Assembly: GCA_000708835.1 (NCBI GenBank)
Contig: DF237497.1
Coordinates: forward strand, 1-58,827
DNA length: 58,827 nt
Source: Klebsormidium nitens
Lineage: Eukaryota; Plantae; Klebsormidiophyceae
Direction: 5' to 3'
In this document: piece by piece, positions 23,110-35,461 of the stretch
How the letters are laid out: every line of letters starts with the position of its first letter
Numbering within the stretch: position 1 is the first letter of the stretch
The notes under the pieces: model-generated
Database searches by the model: none
Seen by the model: only the letters and a program-made list of their open reading frames with translations
What the model was told of the DNA's origin: nothing
Program-made: the position numbers and the translations under genes

Positions 23110-24317
23110 GACTGAGGTTGATATTACTGTCTCCAGATACGTGTAATCTACTTTGTTGAGAATATCTCATCTAGAACCTCCTGCAGGGAGCTGACTGTAA
23201 TTGATACTATGAAACCTGTATGATAATCAAATGCCGAGATCGAGGTCCCTTTGCATAACCTCTGATTGTGTCGGAAATTTTGTGCTGACAAGGCACGCCG
23301 CTATATTCGGGCCCCACATATTGGTCGGGGTTCTGCCTTACCATAGGTCAAACAACGCCTTGCCAGAGAGGATCTCTTGCAAGAACTCGTAAATTGATTC
23401 AAACAGCAGACTAACACCACGATCACCGAAGCATATTGTACCCGAAGTACTTACAACTTGAATCCTTATTAGGAATATACTGAATCGGGAGTTTGATTGA
23501 CAATAAGGCGTATACATCGAGCTAGACCAACCGCGATTCAAGGATTTGTGAAGCTTTGAAGTTTAGCTCAACTACGTATCTGGTTGAGTATGCACTATAA
23601 TTCAATTCCAAATATGGTGCTCGACGCTATATAAGTTATAATCAGAACGTACTCGGCTCAAAAATGTTATGTACCGTACTTCTAGATCTAGGCATGAAAG
23701 ATGCTTGTTGTCGTTTTGTGTGCAATGATCGATGAGAGATCGGCCCGTCCTTATAAAGGAACATTTGACATCGGCATGCGCCTTTCAAATGCAACAAATT
23801 ACATGGCTCTGCTGTGAATACAGACATATGTCATTGCAAGCGGAAAGGACTGATCGTGCCACGGATTCCATTCTGACCCTTAATTCAAGGCCAGCTGCGT
23901 CCCTGCAACCTTGCAAGGCCGGGCTCCAAATTGTTAAATCGCAATCGCTTTTGTGTCTCGCAAATTGCAATTTGCAATGCGCGCAGCTTCTGATCACGCG
24001 ACAGGTGTCATGTCCTGAACTCAACCCGCACTGGCAGGTTCCGCAGAATCGTTCCCGGCAAAACCACCAATGGACTTCCACCTTTTCAAAAAGTGACAGT
24101 TGTCATCTCGTGAGTCACACCAGTCTGATGTATAGCTAGATGTGCGGCAAATTGTGCGCGCCTTTGAAGAACAAATTCTGCAACGGCCAGCTACTTTTGA
24201 GAGTTTTGAGAGCCCGACAATTCATGCCAAGCAACTTGAAGTTGAAGCAAACCGACCTCCTCGTGCTGTCAGTGTATTGGAGGTTGAGGGAGCTTCAAAC
24301 GTACCAGCAGAGTGAGC

Positions 24318-27300
24318 ATGGCGTCGGCTATTGTCCCTGTGGAGGAGGCTGCTCACGCGCCAGGGTTGCAGGGCGAGATTCAGGTTAGCGCCAAATGCCG
24401 ATAATTCTAGCTGACATGCATGCAGCTCTGAAGCATGAATCGGCTTAATTTGGAGTCCTTGCAATGCCAAAAGCAAGTTTGATGGAAACATTCAAATCCA
24501 GGATTCTGAGTCGAGCTGGACACTTCAGGTTTGTTGAGTGTATCCTGACGCATTTCTTCTGCTGGTGGCAGGCCTACTACGCTGAAGCTGCGCACAACGC
24601 AACTGAGGCGGAAGCCCGGAATGCTGCGTTTGAGAAAGTTCCTGTGTCCAGGTTTCCTGGTCTGCCCCATGGAACAGGTCAGGCAATATTCCCTAACGTG
24701 CGAACAAGTTTCAACGCAAAAATCCTCTCATTGCAAACCAGAGAAGGTTTTCTGAATGAATCAAATAGAATGTGAGATTGGAGAGGATGGAATGGGACAA
24801 GAAGTCGTCTGCCGCCTCCTCTTCAGCACTAGATATGCCAGCTGCGATTTGGAGCATAGATCAGAGTAGACAAGGTTCGTAAACGATTGGCAAAGACCAT
24901 ATGTGGCGCTCTTAGACGTGCCCCTCGCCCTGTCTCACCCCCTGCTGCTTGGCGTGCAGTCATTGAGATCCCCAGCACTGCCAGCGTTGCTGACGCTGTG
25001 CTCACCCTGAGCCGGCACAACATCTTGAGCGCTCCCGTCAGGAATGTGGATGGCCCCCAGGACGCCAGCTGGATTGACAGGTACCTGGGTGAGTAGGCAC
25101 GATGCAGGGCACCACGGGAAACATGATGCTGGTAGCCGCGCTCTTTTCACGGGGCTTCGTCATATGCAGGATTGTTTTGGGATCTTTTAGAGCTTCTTGA
25201 ACTAGATGTGTTGACTGTCTGTTCCCTGCCAGGTGTTGTTGACTTCCCCGGCATCGTTCTGTGGGTTCTGGAGCAGTCGGAGCTGGCTGCTGCTGCAATT
25301 GCCGCTGGAGCGGCCGGCGTGGGTGGCTTGGCGGCCGGGGCTGTCGGCGCGCTTGGGGCGGTCGCCCTGGGGGCAACAGGGGTGGGGGCTGCTGCTGGGG
25401 TAGGGGTTGGAGCGCTGGCAGTGGCGGCCGCTGCAGGTGTAGGTAGGACTTTCTCTGCCGAGTTGTGATTCTGTGGACTCATTGCACGGTCATGATGCCA
25501 AGCAGGTTCGAGAGACCGCATCAGGGAGTCCCGTTGTCCAATTGAGTGTGCACTCTTCCATCTTCATGGGTAGCGAAGCGGGTGAATCTGCTCGAACCGG
25601 GTCAATGAGCCCACTTCGTTTTGGCAAATCACTGATGAGACAAGTGTCCCGCTAGCTACGCCTGAGGAAGTGGGTTCCGTTTGTCCAGGTACTATGGTCT
25701 CACGGTTGCCACAATCGGCGTATACTGGCAAGAAAACTCGAAAGAGGTGATGTGTTTGTTTTGATTTGCCAGCCCGACATAGCAGCGACGTAATCCTACT
25801 TCGTTGCACTGCATCTTCGAAAATCTGGGAGTTTAGCACCTGAGTGCCTGTTGTGTGCAGGTGTGTCCACCTCGGGGGGCCCTGCCAGCTCGGGTCCGGC
25901 GGCAGCGGATTACATGGAGGGGGACTTCTATAAAGCCCTGCAAGAGACGGACTACTTCAAAACAACAACGGTGAGGCAAGTGCGAAGTATGAGGACGTCT
26001 AGGGAACGGGTTTTGAGAATAGTCGTTGGGCTTGGAGAAACTTGTAGGTGCGGTGATCGAAGTTCAAACTTCGATTGCACTGCAAAAGCGGATTCAATTG
26101 CAACTTTTGGAGACTGGAATCAGCGGAAGTCCCTTCATGTTTACTTTACATGTGAAAAGTTTATCAGACCTCAGAAAGCATGTCTCCATGAGCCTTTACA
26201 AAGAAGAAGGTACTTCGGCCTCTTGACGTACAGCTTTTGTTTTTATTCAACGTCCTTACTGAGAACTGGCCATTGTATGCCGTATTCTTCATCGCGTTCA
26301 GCCAAGTTCGCCATACCGGGCAGACAGACTGTCAAGATCCTGGTCTAGGTTTCGTGGCCCAAACTAGACCCCTTGAAATCTCGTGTTACGATGAAATGAC
26401 TTGTTCTGGAGCGAGCCCACAACGTTGAGACGCCTGTACGTCGCCCAAGGCCCCCGCTTCCATAGGTGTCTCGTATTTTCAGTCTTGTAACAATGTCGAT
26501 TGGTGTTGTGCCGGGCTCGCTTAAATCAAGCCTTGGCCCGCCCGTGTTCTGCGCGCAGGTGGGTGCGGTGGCGGGCACGTTCCGGTGGGGCCCCTTTCTG
26601 CCGGTGCAGCTGGAGGACCGCCTGCTGACGCTGCTGCTGCTGACCAGCAAGTACCGCCTGCGCAGCGTCCCCGTCGTGGAGCCCGGCCGCGGAGCGCTAC
26701 GCAACCTGGTCACGCAGTCCGCCATTGTGCGCTGGCTGGCGGACTGCGCAGGGACCGACTGGTACGACAGTGTCGCCAACAAGACGCTCACGCAGGTGCG
26801 CCGCAGAGGGGCGAAGGGAACCCTCGTAGGCAGACCGAGGTTGCAAAGTGATAGATAATTACACTCCCTGCAGCCTGCGAAAATTTGGTCGTGGCGGCCT
26901 CGCTTCATTTGTCTATCGTCGTGTCAGTTCGAGTCAATAACCACACGGGGCCATTGAACGGACGTCATTACAGACGACTATCGCCACACTCACGGTTGCG
27001 CTGTGCGCTTGCAGCTGGGCTTGTCGCTGTCCCCCGCGGCTGTGGTGTCAGTGTCGGGCGACAGCCCCGTTCTCACCGCGTTCCAGCTGATGAAGGAGCG
27101 CGGCGTGGGCGGCGTGCCCGTGCTGGACGGCGAGGGCGGGCCCATCATCGGCAACGTGTCGGCACGCGACATCCGCTTTCTGCTCACCTCCCCCGACTAC
27201 TACGCTGAGCGCGAGTGAGTGCGCACAGCCCGCACTTGCATAAGGCGATGCACTGTTGACTGGCGTCTGTGCTGGCATAAAGAAGGCGCCTAGTGTAGGC

Positions 27301-28062
27301 CTCGCTCTGCCGAACTCGGGCTTTTAAACAGTTCGTAGTACTGGGACAATGGCCGCCTTTCTTCGAGGTGCTGTGCGCCACCTCCAGATCCCCAGAAATT
27401 GCACCCGTCGCCTTGAGCTGGCCGATGACTCCCGCATCCCCGGCCCCACCTTCCAACCTGACCCTGCCATCTCCGTCGCAGGAAGGTGACGGTGCGGCAG
27501 TTCGTGAGCAGCGCGGGCGCGGCGTCCCCCATCGCCGACCTGCACTTGGACACGACGAGCCCCGCCATGAGTCCGCCCATCACGTGCACCGCCGACAGCA
27601 CGCTCGCCGACGTGGTGGCCACGCTGAGCCGCGCGCGCATCCACCGCATCTACGTCGTCGACGCGCAGCGCCGCGTGCAGGGGGTCGTCACGCTGCGCTG
27701 GATCATCAGCAGGTGAGCGCCGCAGAGGGGGCGCGGTCTGACGTCAGCTGGCCCGAAAGATTCGCCAGGCCTAGCTGGACAGCGAGCATTCATGCGCACG
27801 TCTATCTGCAGAAGTTGGTAGATTTTTGCAATGTCTGCGGAGCTGCAACGCCAAGGTAGCAAACGGTGAGTAAACGAGTGCACGACGGAGTTTGCCGAGG
27901 GCTTTGGCCGTCTCCTCGGTGAACAGGTTTGATTAAGTGGCATGCCTCGAGCAAGTATGACGTGGAGTTCTTGTCTGCCTCAGGTTTGTGACGGAGCCCA
28001 AGGATTATTTCAAGGATTTCTTTGAGGGCGTAGTCCCGGGAGCGACCGTGTCGTCTTCTTAG
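24318..28062 (+). CDS. CBS-domain protein, SnRK1 regulatory subunit gamma-1-like (KING1 family), ~453 aa
   Basis: Exons 24318-24383, 24572-24677, 24960-25088, 25233-25436 (or -25442), 25861-25970, 26559-26795, 27015-27214, 27482-27712, 27984-28062. Four CBS repeats (ILSAPV, FRWGPFLPV, KYRLRSVPVV, IIGNVSARDI, RIHRIYVVD, GVVTLRWII) and the FVTEPKDYFKDFF tail resemble plant KING1-like proteins. Confidence 0.93.
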
Positions 28063-29380
28063 GTCACGTCATGGTGCGGTACGCCCACGCTCCGAGGCGG
28101 GCCTCACATCCACGGCACCCTGTTGGAAACCCGAGCTGTTACTCCTTACTAGATGCTTTCCAGTAAGAGAAGAGTGCATGTACTAAACGCACGAAAGAGC
28201 AGGAAGTGTATCTAAAGTAGACAATTTTCCTAAGTTGTAATATTGAGTTGTACAGATATGCTTTCTTTAAACCAAAAGCCATAGACCAATTTGTTACGAT
28301 AGAACATAAACCGTAATCGGATACGACACGGCCGGTATCAGCCATGAGATGGGCAGGCTCGCGATCGTGCACCAGCTATCTTTGCGCCCTCATGCATGCC
28401 TCCAGAGAAAGGTTTGATTAGCATGATTCATAAGTGTTTGAAAAGGACGGTCGTGCTTATAATTGAACGTCATGCAACAGGCTCGCCTGGAACTAGTTAA
28501 GATCGAAATGACCAAATCATGATCTACTAGCTCGTGATTCACGCATAAATTGTCATATGCGGATTCATTTGAGCATCTTAGCTGCGGGCGCGACCGTCAA
28601 TACGTCTGACTCGGACAGCTCGATCAGTATCGGATGCAATCATTGTGACGCGGCCGCGCCCAGAGTTAATTGCGTTACGGCACCGAGATGCGGTGGGCAC
28701 TAGACGGATCAACTATAGAGCTTATGCCGCCAAAGTGCCAGATCCAGCATCATGAGACAACATGAGATGCATGTTAACTTAGTCCAACCCAGTGGAATTT
28801 ACACACGGCCCGCGGCCTAGTACGTAAATATACAAAATGGTGGCCGCACCGGCCGGGCCAATAAAACCCATGCATCGCGGCCGTGATGGGTACGTTTTCA
28901 ATCAAAATTAATTGCGCGGCTGGATAATTCATCTTAGTTCTATTGAACGTACATGCAGGAGCAAACTGAATTCAAATTGAAAGGCCTGACCGTCTAGTAC
29001 AGCGTCTATATGAACCAAAGAATTATGGGCAGGCCGGCGCGGCTGCACCGACGAATGTCGAGTATACCTTGGCGGGCTTCCAGGCAAACGAGATTTGAGC
29101 TTGCCATGTGCGTCGGATAACGCGAGGGTTAAAGTGTACAAAGAATTTACGTTAATAAATATAGCCAGCCCTAGGCAAGGGGGCGTTGCAAGGACAGCCT
29201 ACGTCATGTGCAAAATAGGCCAGCTGCTACGTGAGCTTGCATGTCAAAGGCCTAGCTTAATGCATGCACTGCTAACCATGCGGACTTGTGATGAGGGTGC
29301 CACTGAAGATCGGCATGACGTAGTTTCAAAGGTTACGTTGCACAGATGGCGGTCCCGATAAGCGACGTGTTTTATTGCGC

Positions 29381-32300
29381 TTATCGGTTCTCCCACCGAT
29401 TCGCATTCATTGTTTGAAAGTGCTTGTTTTCCTCCGACTCAAGGTAACTGGTGGTCGAGTTTCGAACCCGTGCGCTCAGCAGCCGTCGCTGGATCCGTTG
29501 CCGCGGCGTCAGCTGGGCTGCCCCCGCCCTGCCCCCGCCTCTCCCTCGCCGCCGTTCCTTGCTGCCTCGCCCTGATTGCGGCTCGGCCCCCTCCGCTTCC
29601 TCTGCAGCACCCCCGGGGCTCTCCTCCCCCCCGCCAATCTCTTCCCCCAGCCGCTGCACACTGCCCCGGACGGCCGCCTCCCGCAGCACCGCCTCGTTGT
29701 GAGCACGGTCCGCCAACCGCTCGCGCGCCGACACCCCGCCCCGCTTGCGCGCGGCCTGCTTCTGCTCCGCCTCCTCCCGCCCGCGCTTGCGCACGTTCTC
29801 CACGGCCTGCCGCGCCGCGCTCTGCAGCAACTCTGCCTGCTCCGCTGTCATGGCGTCGCCGTCTCGGTCGCTCTCCATGCTGGGGCCCGCCCCGCTGCTG
29901 ACAGCAGCTGCCACATCGTCGCTTCCCTCGATGCCTCGTTCGATGTCTGCGGCGCGGACGAGAGGCTGCCTGCGAGAGGCAGCAGCCTCTAGGGCAAGGG
30001 CCGTCGCCGCCTCGTTATTTGCCGTTGGTATAACGGGCCGGCCCTGGTCGTCGCGCGGAATAACGGGGCCGTGGAGGGGGCAGCGCACGAGGTCGCGGCG
30101 GGGACACAGGCCTCCGCCGGGAAGGGGGGCCCGGCAAGCCTGGGGCGCAGATGGGAATGACATGGGTAACGGAAGGACCGACAATTTAAGCAACAGGGTA
30201 ACAGCGGACAGGGGGAAGTGAAAAATGCCATCCTTGCAACCCAGCCGAAGATGTGCTGCTTCGCAACCTCTTACCTTAGCAGCACCCAGTAAGCAAGCGA
30301 TCAAAGCGAACGCGACTCGGAGCCGAGAGATAACGAACAAACCGCTTCAAGCCAAACGTGCCATTCCCACGAAGTGCCCACCACGATGCGCCAGACTGCG
30401 GAGAGATCCCCGTTCGACGTGCTCCTTTCAGAAATTTGAGCTGACCGTCACAGCTTCGATGACTCTCACGCAAGTGTTTCTTCCGACCTGAAACGCACCG
30501 GCGCCCTCGCTTCTCGAGGTTTCCTTCCCGCAAGTAGCTGCCCTCACCTTGATCTCCTTCTTCTCCGGCTGGTAGTACGACGCGCGCAGGTTCATCTCGC
30601 GCAGCCGCTCTGCCGGCAGCGTTGCCTCACGGTCCACCGGCCCCCAGTGGTTCTCGATCACCAGCCCGCGCGCGTCCACGGGGACAGTCCCCTCCGCACC
30701 CCAGTGGTCCAGGTACGCCCCCCACGGCACCACCGGCGCACTCGCGCGCAGCTCCTCGAAGGACGGACTGCCTCCGGCCGAACGGGCCACGGCGCGACTA
30801 CCCGCGTTGACAGGTGCACTGCCTGCAGCGCCTGGCTTGCTTGTACTAGCTTCGCCTGCGGGGCCATTTGCGGACCGGGCTTCTTTGGGGCGGGTCGGAT
30901 CTCTCTGCAACCGTGGCGGAGTTTTTGACCGCCCCGGCAGAGGCCGTGCCTGAAAGCTTGGTTGGGCGGGGCCGTCCGATCTGCTGCTGGGCATCCCTCT
31001 CCTGTCTGCATGTTCACTGTCCGTGGCCCTCTCTGACGGCCCCACCTCTCGTCCTTCTGGCTCGTCCACTTCGATCGCCTCTGTCTCCACCCAAGCCGCA
31101 GGCTGGCCCGGCATGCTTGCCTGCAACGCTCCATCTGCACTGGCTGGGGCCCGCCGTCCAGTAGGGGCCGACAACACAGTCGCCCTTTCCCCCTTCCTTT
31201 TGATCGAAAGTGTCCCGTTAACCCCCCCACTGCCCAGCATGCCAAGACCTTCGCGGTGCGCCAGGCCCTTTCCCCCCGGCTTGAGTACAAGATTGCTCTG
31301 CGGAGGCACCCAGGCTTCTCCCTCCTGAACCTCTGGAGTCCCTGCCGTATCTCCGGGCAGTACCCCCAGCAGATCTCTCACAGCATCTTCCAAACCCGCA
31401 TCGCCGGCCGCTGCCTCGTCGTCCGCCACAAGCCCCAGTGCCTGCCGCTCCTGCGCCTCTTCGCTCTCGTCCCCGTTCAAGTCCGCTGTCGGAGGCTCCC
31501 CCGACGGGACCTCCCCTTCCTCCCACATCTCGTCGTCTTCCCCATCCTCTGCCTCCCCCGCAGCCGGCAGTCGTCGCCTCCGCAGCTCCACCCCCAGCCC
31601 CTCGCACCTGGCCTTGGCTGCCAGCATGTCGCTGCGCAGCGCCACCACCTCCCCCAGCAGCCGCTCATGCGCTGCCCGCTGCTGCGGCGGCTGCGGCGCC
31701 CCCCCCCTCATGAGCGTGGCCAGCCAGCCCTGCGCCGCCTTGAGGTGCCGCTGGCACAGCGCGCGGTACACGTCGCGCACACTCTCCACCACCGCCGCAT
31801 TCTCCGCCGTCTCCGCCAGAAGCTGGCCCCTACCCTCCTCCCAGCCCCCCAGTGCGGCGCCATCATCAAAACCAGTGTCCAAGCCAGGGCCCTGGTCAGA
31901 AGGTGGTTCACCCGGAATCCCTTCTCCCCCCCCCTTGAGCAGCGCCAGGGACTCGTCCAGCTGTCGCAGCAGCGCTTGCACCTCTGCCTTGGAACCCCCC
32001 CACTCTCCCTCCAGGCGCCGGAAGCGTTCGACCTGCTCCTCCTGCGCTGCCCTCTCGGCTTCGCGGCGCGCCTGCTCGGCTTCGCGCGCGCGCAGGGGCA
32101 GGTTGGGGAAGGGGATGCGCAGCACGTCGCGCAGGTATTTGTACGCCAGCCGCACCTGCCGGTAGCGGGACCCGAAGTCGGCGTTCCACCGCTCCACCAC
32201 CTCAATCGCCTTCTTCTGCATGGGCATACAGGACTTGCATTGCCTTTGAGAACTTGCCCTGAGACCGCTGTCAACGGCATGTGTTCAGGGGCAGGCTCGA

Positions 32301-33030
32301 GAAGAAGAAGCTTCATCGAGCGCCTGTCATCTCTTTTTCCCCAGGGCCCAAGGGGGCATCTCAGTGAAGGAAGCCCCTTGTGTCTGGCCTGCCTAGAGAT
32401 GACACTCTCATTGAGCAGGAGAAAGGACAAGAACACCGCACTTGACTTTCAAAGCAGGCCGGGGCTTGATCTCGACTGCCTCTGAGCCTGACCTGCAATC
32501 GCTTGGCTGCTGCGCGCGGGTCTGGGAGGGGCTTCTCGGTGCGCGTGCCCACCGTCAGCTCCAGAAAGGTCTCCAGGACAGGGACCAGCAGACCCCGGAA
32601 CAGCGAAGAGCGACGGAAGATCTCGTCCACCAGCAGCAACGCCAAGTAGCGCACCTGCCACACGGCATGCTGCCGGTCAAGAGACACAGGGCATACCCTC
32701 AAAAAGGTGGTGCGTTCTAATATGAGTTTGTACTGACTGTAGCACATGCAATTCTCCATTTGAGCAAGCAAGAACACGAGCCTGGCCAGCCCTCAGAGGG
32801 GCGGCCACCCAGGTTGTGGACATGCAAGCTGCGGAAGTGGGCAAACGCACCTGGGAGCTGCCATCCTTGAGCTTAAACAAAAGCAGCTCGTAGGCCCTGC
32901 GCACGTGGTCATCTGAGTCCCGCAGCATGGCCTTCGCACTTTTCAGGGTCTCAGCCTCCACCGTCCGCTTGTTTGCCTGGGTTGCTGATTCGAGCAGCTC
33001 CATGAGCCTGGTGGAGGCCCCGTAGTCCAT
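29381..33030 (-). CDS. UVSSA: UV-stimulated scaffold protein A homologue (VHS-like N-terminus, DUF2043 and C-terminal Zn finger), ~922 aa
   Basis: Exons 33030-32851, 32654-32493, 32215-30548, 30139-29381; 2769 nt. Motifs SSQVRYLALLLVDEIFRRSSLFR, LTVGT..PLPDP, ERWNADFG..YRQVRLAYKYL, PVVPWGAYLDHW, NHWGP, CRAPLPGGGLCPRRDLVRCPLHGPVIPRDDQG and the MNANRW end. Confidence 0.93.
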
Positions 33031-33261
33031 CTTGGAAGCTTTGCTTGAAGCGCCTATGCAATTGCGCACCAACACGGAACAGAGATGGTGGCGCTAAAGC
33101 CCACCGCCATGAGTCAGCCAACCAAATCTGTACACAATGAATAAATGAATGACCCAAACACTTAGCTTCAAGTGGCATTGCATGTCATCATTCATGTGCA
33201 AAGTCTGCGCAGCTACAGTACAGTACTGTAGTAGCAGCACTGGTTTACCTAACTACAGTTA

Positions 33262-33366
33262 CGGTTTACCCCTACTTAATCCGAGTTAAGCAACTAACCC
33301 TAATTGCCCTTTGCACCAAGCTCTCTGCTTTGACTTGGCCCCGGCCCTGGCCCTGGGCCCTGGCTG
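33262..33366. promoter_or_regulatory. Bidirectional promoter core with telo-box-like and site II-like elements
   Basis: AACCCTAA near 33296-33303 and repeated GGCCC motifs (GGCCCCGGCCCTGGCCCTGGGCCC, ~33337-33360) in the ~445-bp gap between the UVSSA and DUF1992 start codons. Function is inferred from known plant promoter motifs. Confidence 0.45.
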
Positions 33367-33475
33367 CCGAACTTCGATCAAACCAACACAACCTTCGAGG
33401 AGCATGTTGTTTCTCTGTCCGTGTAGAAAGGATTGGCGCATGCCAATGGTGAGGGCCTGAGGTGCTAACACTGCT

Positions 33476-35461
33476 ATGGACCGCCTGGCCACGCGGGGCA
33501 GGCTGTTGTGGGACTGCGGACAAGCGTTCCTTAGGAGACGTCCAGAAGGACTGTTGCGTATCTTGGGTCGCTTTGAAGGGAGGTGCTTTGAAAAGGTGGG
33601 AACGGGGCCAGTCCTCGATCATTCAAACGAGCAACTTCGAGGGGAAGAAGCAAAAAAAGCCAGCCACACTGGCTCTCTTATTACTAGTCCGCCCCTTGGC
33701 TTTTTGCCAATCGAAAACTTTCTGCTTCAAACATCAGCTTTGTTGCAACAAACTCAAAACACGCAGCATTGCTTGGATCCCTCTCTTTTTTCCAGAGCAC
33801 TCCATAGCAATTCAGAGCCTAGAGAGATTGGTACCGGACAACCTGCCCGTGACAGTTCCCAAAAGAAGTCCAAAAAAGGGGGCCACCAAGAGACACTTGA
33901 GAGGCTACAGAAGGTCAAATGGGCGCTCTATGAACGGAGGCTGCCGCCAGAGCTGCGCAACAGAGATGACATCATCAAGGTGCGTTCTAGCTACTGCTTC
34001 TCGACGTGGCAAGGCGTCATTTGTCGGCGAATTCCAACATTGAGGTCTTCCTGGAGCAGTACCAGATGGGCTGATCTTTGATGGATTGGTGATGCTTCAC
34101 CGACATTTCAATTTCAGTTCCTAAGGTTCAAATACCTCACCTATTGCAGGGCTGCGTACGGTGAGCTGGTGGGACAACTCAACTGTGTTATGCTTAGACA
34201 TAACAAAAGACAGTTCTTGCACACTCCTGGATCTTTTTTGAAAGTTTCGTATACCTCAACACAGACGAGGAGCTTTTGCAACTCATAAGATCCTTTGGAG
34301 ACGAGGTCATCGACGCTGCTCCTCTTTTGTCATTCCAGTCAGAGGCAGAGCTGGTGGGCGTGGTCGAACAGCGGATCCAGCAGTCCATGCGGGAAGGCGA
34401 CTTTGACAAGTTGCCTGGTCATGGGAAGGTCGGTCCCAAACCCTGTGCCGGAGCTGGCAGGTTGCTTGCGCACGCGTGCATGCCCCCACTTTGCCAATGG
34501 ATTGCAGGAATGTCAGCATGTTCCACAGAGCAACACCGTGGCACCAAGCTTGAGTAGAGTGGATACAGGTGGAAAGTAGGTAAATCAAAACTTCCAGTCA
34601 GAGAGTAGCTGATTCCTGGTCCATATGCTGCAGCCCTTGGAAGCCCAGAAGAATCCGCACATAGGCAAGTCAACGGCCCCTTCCAAACCTCTCACTGCGT
34701 GATCAGAAGTTGTTCCATTCCGAGGGCAACTCAATCGCATGTGCCTTTAAATGTTGACGAGCTTGCATAACAAAACTGTAATCTTGGACCGGTTGCTTAG
34801 GAGGATCTTGCTCATCATCCTGGGCAGATCGTCAAAAGTATGTCACTTCTGGACGTCCATGCCATTCAGCCCTAATTGCAGATCCTTTGCTCAATGTCAA
34901 CAAAGTAGTTCTCAGCTGACAGGGGGCACCTTTAGCTGCAGATGCCGCTGAAGACCTTGCGTCGCGCGTCCTGGGCAACAGCGGCTTTGCCCCCGAGTGG
35001 GTGACGCTGAACAAGGACATCCGGCAAGCCACCTCCAAGTGGAGAGCGGCTTTGAAGGCGGCATGGCTCAGGAAACGTGGCACGTCTGCAAAGGAAGTAG
35101 AGACGAGCTGGGAGGACGAAAGACCAAGGCTCGAGGCGGGACTCGCAGAGATCAATCGGAAGGTGACCGGACATGAGCTCTCTTGCCTTTTATTCGCCAG
35201 GCATACGAAGTTCGTTTCACACAGTTGGGGCCCAATTACGCCTGACAGGAGTTGCGGGTGAATGGTTCAGACGATCCGAGTGTGCTGGGCACGAACTTCC
35301 AAGACGGGAAGAGGAGCTGTTGCTTTCTTTGCTCAGGTGTTCATTTTCTTGCGCTGCAGATACTCCACTATAATCTGATCACTCCATTTGGGCGACAAAT
35401 GATGGGCCGCAAAATGGAAAGAGAGCTGGAGTGGCTTCGGGACGAGCTCCAATCGCTCTAG
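33476..35461 (+). CDS. DUF1992 / DNAJC28-like protein without a J domain, Arg-rich N-terminus (possible mitochondrial presequence), ~315 aa
   Basis: Exons 33476-33979, 34339-34428, 34634-34664, 34942-35162, 35360-35461; 948 nt; intron 3 has a GC donor. Motifs RLPPELR, VVEQRIQQSMREGDFDKLPGHGKPL, NPHIDAAED, FAPEWVTLNKDIR, YNLITPFGRQM. Confidence 0.9.

Noticed and set aside
31256-32485. 409-aa plus-strand ORF opposite UVSSA, and similar long ORFs opposite SEC23A, AP4E and the DUF3700 gene
   Set aside because: Shadow ORFs of high-GC coding exons with low-complexity R/P/A/L composition and no recognisable domains.
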